Of a stretch of DNA of 64,000 nt, positions 1 to 64,000 are shown in pieces. The translations under genes were made by a program, and so were the position numbers. The stretch's first letter is position 1, and each line of letters starts with the position of its first letter. Below the pieces are notes generated by a model. The model was not told the origin of the DNA, made no database searches, and saw only the letters and a program-made list of their open reading frames with translations. Source of the stretch: Carcharhinus longimanus (lineage: Eukaryota); NCBI GenBank assembly GCA_030264375.1, contig JASCQW010000043.1:74615397-74679396 (forward strand). The letters run 5' to 3'.

Positions 1-207
1 CAGCAGTTGTGAGCTGCACGACATCAGAAAATTCCGGCCATAATCTAGTTATTATTTAAATCTGATTTTTTTTCCCCTGCTGCTTTTAGTTTTTGATGCT
101 AAAAAATATTCAAAAATACACCACTTTTCAAAATTGTCAATAAAAATTGACTTTAAAGACCATTAGTTACTACCACGCCAGTGAAAGCACTTAAGATTAA
201 GAAATTA

Positions 208-54446
<54,239 letters not shown>

Positions 54447-54881
54447 GTTGTGGATGCGACTGGGCTAGGATAATCACACACCGTCTTAGCTCCCACCAAA
54501 CGGCCACTTTAATCCTCAGCAAAGTAGACGCTGTCTGGCAAACTTCATACTCCTCGGAGCGATGGCGAGTCAAAGTTTGCGCCTTCCATTCCCACATTTC
54601 GCGATCTGGGGGATCCCGGCGATCTTCTACATTCACGGGAACGGTGCGCTTTTAAGAGAGACCCGGAGAGCGAAGCTTGAAAACGTTCACCTTCTTCCAG
54701 AGACTGGGGAGTTTACCCGCACCGATCACTCGCTTGAACCATTCTATGCACCAGGCCCTGGAACTCTGTGAGCCTTGATTCAATAGAAAAAAAGCCTCTC
54801 TCTCCATTTAGGGGGGAAGGAAAGCAAAAACCCGCCTCCAGGGCCGTCAGATGGCTGGGAGAAGGCTTGTATTGCTTGGCT

Positions 54882-54890
54882 CTGATTGGC
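54882..54890 (-). promoter_or_regulatory. CCAAT box (NF-Y) GCCAATCAG
   Basis: Extended NF-Y consensus in promoter position. Confidence 0.65.
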
Positions 54891-54931
54891 CGAGGAAGGC
54901 AGAAATTACTCAGCAAACACGACTATTATTA

Positions 54932-54944
54932 GCTGCTTAGCAAC
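54932..54944. promoter_or_regulatory. RFX X-box-like element GCTGCTTAGCAAC
   Basis: Imperfect palindrome with strong TAGCAAC half-site, 18 bp from the GLI site. Confidence 0.5.
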
Positions 54945-54962
54945 AGCTCACCAAAGTAGAGA

Positions 54963-54971
54963 GACCACCCA
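54963..54971 (+). promoter_or_regulatory. Consensus GLI binding site GACCACCCA, proximal promoter
   Basis: Exact consensus about 520 bp upstream of the ATG; PTCH1 is a canonical direct GLI target. Confidence 0.9.
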
Positions 54972-55876
54972 GGCTGTGAATGCATCCATGCCCACTTCAG
55001 GGGAGCCGCGGTTCGCCTGAAAGAAATCATAGCTCTCCACTCCCGTCTCCCTCTCCCTTCTTTTGCACGCACTCGGTTTAAAACAAGAGTTAATGTACAA
55101 AGATATGATCCTGGGATTATATTTCTTCAGCGGGCACCTCGGGGGTTTCTGCAGATTACACAGCGGGCCGATTCTCGCGAGGAGATTGAACTTTTGGAGG
55201 CACTTTGCTCTGATTTAGAGAAAACCCTTTAGCGGCATCTTGGCCCCAAGTTGTAACAAATGCTGGGAGGTCTCCCCGTTGAATCGCCAGCTTGCACAAA
55301 TAATGACAGTGCCTGCATCGTGCAGTGGGGAAGTGTCAGCTTTTTGCATTCACTCGAAATCTCAATAGCTGCTCTTTCTCGACCCACACATTAAATGGAA
55401 AACAAAATAAACTTTTTTTTGTGGGGGGGGGGCGAATCGCCCTGAGTAAATGGGAATATTATCAGACTGGAGAAAAACAAACTTATTTATTTGTTAAATC
55501 ATGGGATGGGGTGGATTTTGGATATAAATAAGGTTATCGACAATTTTTAATCATAGAAATCTCCCACATGCCTCCCGGCCGCCCCCACACAAACCACACA
55601 CACACACACACACATTTTCATTTTATTCATTGAGATAGGGGAGTTTCACTGGAGGTCATGTGACCGGCGTACCCAGGGCGACGCGCTGCAACAATGTGGG
55701 AATGACTGAATGACAGGAGTAACACAGGAAGAAAACAAAAAGCTCAGTAGTCCTGTCAAACTCCATCAGGATCAATGTGATTTGCATGGCTAATTAACAG
55801 ACTTCTGTTAATTTCTAGAAGGGGAAGAAGGTGGCTGGCTGGGGAAGGAAACCTGATAAATCAAATTTCACCTTCA

Positions 55877-55942
55877 CCTGCTGAGATTTTCCAGCACTTT
55901 CTGTTATTTGTTTCAGATTCCAGCATCCGCAGTATTTTGCTT
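55877..55942 (+). mobile_element. Penelope-like 3' tail fragment
   Basis: CCTGCTGAGATTTTCCAGCACTTTCTG...CAGATTCCAGCATCCGCAG. Confidence 0.5.
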
Positions 55943-57858
55943 TCACCTTCATATTGTTAAGGTGCTTTAGAGACAAGCCCAATGAGGGCTACCCATTCGC
56001 CGTTAGCCAATACGGTCCCGTTTACCAGTGCTCCTGGTGGAAGTTTGAACCTTAGCAGTAACTTTATTTCCTTTGCAGCCCTCCTTTCATCCAATGCCAC
56101 AATTAGATAGCGTTTCAAGGCCTTGAGCTGGACTCGTTGAGATGTGTTATTTTATTGAGCGCAATACGGTAACGTGACGCTGCAGTATGTTATAGCAAAT
56201 TCAAGTTTCAATTGGAATAACAGTTCAGAATCACAGGGGCTAGCAATCACATGGAACGTAAGAGCTGAAACATGAGCATTTGGGCAAGGCAGAGGATGGA
56301 CCGGGTGGACATACGGAATTGTTTATTCAGCCTTTTCAACCTTTTCATATGAGATCAAACGGAAATAGGGTCATATTACTTAAATACCAAAGGAGAAATT
56401 TAACATATTTAACACAGAAATCGCGATTTATCATATCAAGAAAGAAGTATCGATTCTCAGTAATTGACCATACTTTGCATAATAAAACATCATTTATTCC
56501 AATATTGAGGATAAATCGATTCCATCATAGCACAGATGTTTTCGCATTTTTATTTCATCCTAATTCTTAGCACAATTGGATTTCATTATTGAGTAAGCTC
56601 ATTGACTACTACTACAAATAAACATTCCATCACTTTTTACTGACTTAATTTATTCAATATATACATGAACTGTTAAGCATCTGTGAATTATTATCTAATC
56701 ATTATTTATTTCAATTTGGTTCGACTGTACTTACGTGAACCCTACAGATATGTGGTCACAGTATTTTCATGGATTAGTATTTCTGTTGGTATTAGGACAG
56801 TGAAAGCAAATAAGGTCCCAATTATGAATATATGACATGTAAACATATACACACATTTCTGATCAATACGTTAACTGTAATGCAATGCAATATCGTTAAC
56901 CATACCTATCTGATGAATGTATTTTATGGCTGTACCTCTCCCCCAAAATGCATTTTATACTATGCCCCTTAGAGACCGGAATAGGTACTGCAATGAACCA
57001 CTTTGAAGATTGATGAATTGATCGAAATGCAATCCAAACTCTGAATTAGCATTTACTACCAAGATAGCTGTTCCTGTTCAAAACGTATCCTACATTTTCT
57101 AAATGTGTGTGTATGTGTGTATTAGGGGTCTTGGTATTCTGGCTATAATAATTTTTTAAAATATGGCCATCACAGATGAAAGAATAATATTAAATTTCAA
57201 GAGATAAACGTAATTTGGGTAAAAATCCACGCATCTTAATTGATAAATTTTCACACACAATAGTCCAACGAAATGTTAAAGGAACACTATCATGTTAATT
57301 GGGTCATTTTTGTCTGTGAATTTTAATCTATATACAAAATATCTTCTATATCCAACTGTCAAATAAGGTCATTCTTTGTGACTGTATCATTAAACTTTTG
57401 TCAATTTAAAGCTTTATATGATTAACTAGAAAATTTTTACTGATTGAATCTGATATTATGACACTGACCTGAATGAAAAATGTATTTGCTACCTTAACAT
57501 TACAAAACTATCTGAAAGGGGGCGTTGTTAATCAGTAGCTGCGGAGAACTTCATTTTAACGCACCTATTTACAAACATACTTAAAGGTGTGCAAATCTGT
57601 TTTGTGGTGAAACAAACGTGTTCAGAGACCCGTTTTGACAAAATGTTTAAGCTGCAATGATGATTTTTCCTCCAATTTATTCTAAACGGTTGTTCTACTT
57701 AGAATAGCGGAAAAAAGTTTAAAAGGCATTTTAATCTTGTGATCCTCAGTTAACTGCTTTAATGGCAAAGGGATTGGATGGAGTACATTTGGCATATAAT
57801 TGACTTGCTTCTGTATGGCTGGAGAGAAAGGAAGAAGTGTGAGCACAAACTCGCAACT

Positions 57859-57867
57859 TGGGTGGCC
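57859..57867 (-). promoter_or_regulatory. GLI site variant GGCCACCCA, about 3.4 kb upstream
   Basis: 8/9 match to consensus in non-repetitive upstream DNA. Confidence 0.55.
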
Positions 57868-60430
57868 AGCTATGGATGCCCTCAATTTGCCTCATTGCTA
57901 ATGCATGCGAGTGTTCTATTCCGAAGCGATAATGTTGTTCGTAATCAATCTAGCCTTATTTACATTTGGAAGCATTGTTGTCTTTAATATGCATGCCTTG
58001 CTCATGTAAACGGCGCTCGACGCCCGGTTGGGTTAACTTCAACAAATCACTAAAGGTCTCCTCATAGTGGTCAGAATCTTTTTTTTCGGATTGAATCAAT
58101 TTTATTTTTCACTTGGGTTTTGCAGAGTACAACTAGCAAGCTAATCTAGCTCTTCTGCGTTTGACCACTTTTTTCTGTAATGGTACTTATTAACAGGATT
58201 TCTATACATTTAGTCAACCATCCATTCATACATTAACGGGATACCCATGTTTTACGTTACGTGGATTTTTAACTTTACTCTGTTATTTTTCATTTATCAT
58301 CATGGTTAGGTAGAGACATACATAAAATCCAATATCTTGAATATGTTTCTTTGAGCATCATTGATTGGTTGGTTTTAAATTTGCAATAAGAGTATACTTT
58401 TAAAAACTGTTATATGGATCTGTTTGTTACAAGTTGTCTACCCAATCGTATATTTAGGTCAATCAGTGCATATTATGAAAAATGGCAGATATATGCTGTT
58501 CCTTTTTTCACTCCATCCACCCATCCATATACTGTGCCAGGCTGTCCTCCCCTCTGCCCATGCTGCCTTCAGGCACAAAGTATTGCATTATTAGCTCCCG
58601 CTAAACAGGCAATGCCAGCAGGTATGCATTGTGGCACATTACATCTCCCATTATATTCTTCCAACTCCAACATATATAGGTTTTTAATCTTTAGAATTTA
58701 AAGATCACCCATTTCTAAGCAGCTCTGGCGACAACGGTACAAAAAGTGCAAGCTTTCTATAAATGACCATCACTGACTAACATGGATCATTCATCCCATT
58801 TTCAATTCCAATAAACACAAGTGAACTGGGACTTTGGACATCACTTCCAACTCGTACCAAGTGTTGCTTTGGAGCTATGTCTTTCGCTTACTGATTTTGA
58901 ATTAAGAATCTCTTCAATACTTCTAATTCGTTTAGTTTCATTTGAGTTTTTCATGTATTGATTGGCTTTACACCTGGAAAACTTTGAGTGATGGAACATT
59001 GCAGATCACATTGACTCATCTCACAGTGCAACATATATTCAATGTAGATTTTTGCCTGGACTAATTAATAAGGATACTTCATCAGAGTGCGAATATTACT
59101 TGCACTTCTTCCTTTGAACTATTTTCAGTTAACAGGGATTTTCAACTGAAGTAGATGTTGTCTTCCAGTGAGTTTTAATCTTGTAACTCGTTTCAATATG
59201 TCAAGCCCCCACTCTTCCCCTCCTCCCACTTCTCCCACACACGTTGGGCGAGGGGGGGGGGGCACTACTCACAAAATCTGTCAAAATAACGCAACTAATT
59301 ACCCTTGATGGAGCTGAAAGAGAAGTGGATTGCATGCTGTCCAGAGCATGGACACCGAATTAGGGGTACAACACACAGGCATATACACACTGACAAACAC
59401 ACACAAAAAGATCTGCTTTCAGTAAGTAATTTTAATCATTTCAGGGGCCATTCATTTGACAACCTAGCATCACGTCTTGTCGAACACGATTGGCGACACG
59501 ATCCTTTGACCTGCCGCTGTAGCAACAAATTTATTAGATATATAGGCATGAGAAATGAAAGGAAGTAAAACAATCGCGCCTCATTGTGCTCACCCTTTGA
59601 CTCTGCTAATCCGGTTTACACCTCACGCCTACATCACTCAATAGGACTATTACCAGCAAAAAATAAAAGGGGGGGGGGGTTGCTGATGTCTATGGGGGAA
59701 AACTATTTAAGTGAAAATGAGAAAGATTAAGACATTTCTTTACACGCAGCGATCTCCACCATCCCTTTTTTGTGATTGAAATTTTTTTTGCAAAGGGCTA
59801 CGCTTTAAATATAATTATCTGGCTGCACGTTTTATTGTTGCTTGTGATCAGAAATAAATGATTCGGTTTATCACCCATGCTTTGGATTACTTTTATAGGC
59901 AGACCAACTAGTTTGATTTTAAATATCATTAAAACATTCATGTGTTTGAAGTAAAGCAAAGAAAAAATACAACACCCACTGACAAATAATTTAAATGAAA
60001 TAGCAATCGAGGTGAAAAAAATGTAGATGTCTTTTTCCCCTGCTGAGGACAGCACTAATCATAGATTTATTTTTGTCCCAGAGGTGCATCTCAATAGGAA
60101 TTGCACTGAACGGAAGCTGGGGGCAACCCCTCGGAGCGTGAAAATAGGTTACAGGGATCCTAAGGACCCCCAACTTTGTCAGCGTTTCCATCAATGACTC
60201 CGTCTGTTCAGCATCTAAGTCTAACTGAGTATTCCGAATACAGTGAGAACACAAAATCACCTCAGATACATATCAATGCTCTGATACCACCCAACCATAA
60301 TAATCCCACTATTAGCTACAGCAACAGTGGCTGAATTAACAATATCAGTAACACAACATGCCCAAGCTATTTGCCAAGAGTATACCCCAAGAGCATTGCA
60401 GTCTTTTTTTTCAAAGGTAATTTCACTTAC

Positions 60431-60660
60431 CATCTTCCTCGAGGCTTCCTTGTGTGACCGTACTGGTCTAGCTTTGCTTTATATTTTCGGGGAGTATACG
60501 ATGTTATTTTTCACAAGGTTTAAAAAGTGATATTTTTTAAAGGAACAGGGAGTGTAATAATCCTGCTAGGTTGCAGTCATTCTGCTGTGTGCTGGAAGGT
60601 CTCACAATTACATGCCTGTTTCTATTAAGCAGCGCGATCCTCGAGGTGGGTGGTCTGCTC
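60431..60660 (-). other. PTCH1: Probable alternative first exon of PTCH1 (exon 1a-like); 5' end approximate
   Basis: Strong donor AAGATG|GTAAGT at 60431/60430. Sequence CTGCTTAATAGAAACAGGCATGTAATTGTGAG reads LLNRNRHVIV, resembling the recalled human exon-1a N-terminus MELLNRNRLVIVS. Adjacent GLI/E-box/GC-box cluster. Confidence 0.75.
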
Positions 60661-60715
60661 TCAATAGGCAGGACCTGTCACCGTCACGTGACGGCCCCAA
60701 CACCACCCCCGCCCC
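60647..60715 (-). promoter_or_regulatory. Distal promoter cluster: GACCACCCA (60647-60655), palindrome CCGTCACGTGACGG (60681-60694), GC box (60707-60715)
   Basis: Three exact motifs within 70 bp in a locally CpG-rich patch. Confidence 0.8.
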
Positions 60716-62774
60716 CCGCAATAAACTAAACTTAAATCTAAACGAAACTAGCATGCTATCAGTACTGTGTAAACAGCCTGCAAAGCACAAACCAAGAGGA
60801 ACCACGTATTCAATTGCTGTGAAATTCATATTCAGTTCTCCAAAAACATTGACAACTAAAACAGGTCGTGAAATTGCACGAAACAATTCTTTGTGTGACG
60901 AAAATAAATGGGACAAAATTGAATGGCAACACAATTGTACATTGACGTGATTCAGTTTGAAAACATGAAATTGTGTAACTACGTACTTTACATGGCTTAT
61001 GTGAGAGAGACAGCCATTTAATTCACTTCATTTCACAAATAGCCGTTCAAACATCTCAAAATGTTGCCTCCAATAATTGGATTATGATAAACCCTAACTA
61101 CATACAGTTATCCGCCCCAATCTAGCAATTGCATTAGGTATGAATTGTTATCATCCCCATGCTGCGACAGAATTCAACAAAGGTATCTGGGAGTTAAATG
61201 TTACCGTTATTCTATCGTTTAATAATTCATATCTTTAGTGTAACACGAGGCGAGGAAGGATGAATAATAGCGAACCAGACAAGATGCAAGATTCAAGACA
61301 ATGGTCATGGAAAGACACAGAAAATAAAAGATATGTGACAGTGGGATAAAGAGAGACAAAAAGATGTGTATGTGTGAGAAAAAGAGATACAGGAAGAGGA
61401 CGAGACACCGAGCGACAATAGGTGAAAGGCAGAAAAACAGTGTTAGAAATAATAAGACACCAAGACAGAAGATTGAGTGAAAGACAGAAAAAAATGTAAG
61501 TAATACTGTCAGAAACACATCAAATATAGACGGACTGTTAGAGCGTGTGCGTTATTATGTAGGGGTGATAGAGAAACACAGCGAGTGAAGGACTCAGCTT
61601 GTAAATAAGAATATTTGCAAAAGAGATCGAGTATAATATACATCAACGTGTAGTGTATAGTAGCTCATTTTTTAAATGTTAAACAAGACATAGATTGATT
61701 TCGACCCACGTATCAGAGCCAAGGAATACAGGGTAACTGCAGAGCAATCATTCTTGATTTTTGTCCTGTTATTTTGTATAGTGTATACAAATACGATATA
61801 ATCACAGATTCCTGTCCTTTACAAACTTCATGGTGAGCAACGTTCAACAGTGGCAATTCTGTTCATCACAAGAAATGAACAGTATGGGGACAAGATAACG
61901 TTGGATCCTGTTAATCTTTAGAGAGGCTATGTTATAGTGGAAAGGGATATCGTTAGTGTTCGTTGATAATTTTTAAATTGTTATTTTAGTTGCAGAGAAC
62001 TCCTTTCATGCTGGGAGCTGAGAACACTCCGCAGATGTCAGATAATATTTCGAGCTGTTTTAATTGCATTTTTCTACTGGACGGGGAGACAGAGTTGGAA
62101 AACAATAGAAAAAAAACTTATTCTAACCCTTAATGAAGTGCGTCTGTTCTAGTTGCACTAACCCAGTCTGGTTTTTTTAAATATCGGATTTTCTTATTTT
62201 AATTTGGCTGTATAGTTTTGCACACTCGGTCCCTAACCGGGTTAATAGTTTATGNNNNATTTCATTAAAGCAACCTTAAAAATCTTACTGCCAGTAAAAA
62301 CGAACAACAGCTTTAATATCTGTCACTGAATGTTTCCCAGTTGCAGACTTGCGCGCCTCAATGGCCAAATGGTTTTGTAGGAACAGTTCAGCAAGAGATT
62401 GACAGAGAAGATACTGAGATACTGCCACATGGGGGTACAAGAGTGAAACCATTCCCATTTTCCAATAACAGTCCCTAAGTGAAGCAATATGTTGCTTTGT
62501 TTAATGCCGTGCTATATTAACTGAGATGGAGACTGTTGAGAGAAGTTGGTGGGAGCTGGCGATTGTCATCAATATGTCCCCCGTCTTGAGGCGAAGGCCG
62601 GTGTTGGGCTTTCTCGTTGAGCAAGGAGCACCAGGCTAACTGACTGATCCTGGCCGGGCCTTTGCCGCCTTTGCAAACTGATTGAAATGTCATTCATATG
62701 AGAATGTGGCATCCTAGGTTTAGTTAATTGGTCTAAAAACATCGTTTACCTCCCCATAATAGGCAATGCTACAT

Positions 62775-63880
62775 TGTTATATTATTCTAGGAGCTAATTG
62801 TTATGTAAACGTATGGCCCAGGGTACAATATTGAACTACATTCATGTGCGCAGTAGCAATGCATCATTCTATTAGTTTACTAGCCACACGGTGAACGGTA
62901 AGACATGCTTTCATTCAAGGTCCAGCATTTTCAGTCCAAAGATATGATTATTTTGAATTCTGGGAACTTGAATAAATAACATGGTGGCAGTGAAGGGTCT
63001 GTGAGTAAAAGCCCAAACATTTTAAACAAAAATAATGCTTAATGAGATTGAAAACTCAACTGAAATAGTGCCAGAGGAGAGAGAAAGAAACTGAGTGAAT
63101 CATGCAAAAATGAAGTGGTCACCGGACTCAATGTGTGACGAATGGGAAGGCTGATGGAAGGCATTTGAGAAGTTTAATAAAAAGTACAAACTGACATTTA
63201 ACAGTTTTCTAGAAGGCAGTGGTGAAGAACAAAGGGTCAACCATGTCCTTTCCTGGGCTAGAGTGAAAAGGTTAAATTCATTTAACAGCTGGGAGCTGAA
63301 TGGTCACAACAGCAGAAACCTGGATAAAACATTTTGAAAAATCCAGCACACATCTTCAGACAAAGCCAAATTATCAAGTCTCCTGCAATGAGAAGGAATC
63401 AGGTGAGCCAGTTGGCAATTTCCTAACAAGATTGAAAGATGTAACCAGAAAATGTAAATTCAAGGACACAAACATAAGCTGCTAGATCAGTTCAACTGGA
63501 GATGTGCACAGTCTGATATACAAGAATGATTTAACTGGAAAGACCAAGTAACACTATTGCAAGCCTGTACACACTGCCAGAGTGCATAAAACCACAATTA
63601 GACAGATGAAGATGCTGACTATGCAAATGGCTAACATGCAGTTAAGACAAGAGAAAGGCAGCATGGTTGATGCAGTGAAACAGCAGCAAAAGAATGCTCA
63701 TGAGGCAGAGAATAAGATGTGCAAGAACTGTGGATGACCATTAGTTCATCGACAATAAGGAATGTTCTAACCATAGATCAAATTGCAGAGTTTGTGGAAA
63801 ATCCAATCACTGGGAAAAGATGTACAGGACAATGAAAGCCAATGGTAAACAAGTTATCAAGGACAGTGACAGAAGCCACG
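62775..63880 (+). mobile_element. Degenerate Gypsy-like LTR, PBS and gag fragment
   Basis: LTR ends AATAAATAACA (62981) followed by TGGTGGCAG; gag-like GEPVGNFLTRLKDVTRKCKF and zinc-knuckle remnant CRVCGKSNH. Confidence 0.7.
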
Positions 63881-64000
63881 GTCTTCTAGAAAACTGTTAA
63901 ATGTCAGTTTGCACTTTTGATTAAACTTCTCAAATGCCTTCCATCAGCCTTCTAATTCATCACACATTGGGGCTGTGTTATTGGTCTGGTGACTATTTCA

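Noticed and set aside
56025-56043. Second CTCF-like string CCACCAGGAGCACTG
   Set aside because: Needs a gap in the core to fit the consensus
61219-61518. Hydrophobic 99-aa ORF
   Set aside because: Translation artefact of AG-rich low-complexity sequence

Overview
This is eukaryotic (vertebrate) genomic DNA, most likely a shark or other elasmobranch, judged from HE1-type tRNA SINEs, CR1 LINE tails and Penelope-like repeats. One gene dominates the window: Patched-1 (PTCH1, the Hedgehog receptor) on the minus strand. Coding exons 1-17 run from the ATG at 54446 down to 246 (2860 nt of CDS, all GT-AG introns), and the gene continues off the left edge. Exon sizes match those I recall for human PTCH1, except a shorter exon 1 and +3 nt in exons 14 and 15. 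Upstream are a CpG-rich proximal promoter (GLI site, CCAAT, X-box-like) and, about 6 kb further, a second promoter with a GLI site and an apparent alternative first exon ending ATG|GTAAGT. Spliced to exon 2 this exon would give an MGKATG... isoform. Introns carry CR1, RTE, L2-like, SINE, MITE and LTR remnants, plus fold-back Penelope-like insertions with hammerhead-ribozyme cores. Most ORFs in the supplied track are spurious. All comparisons to human are from memory and need alignment.
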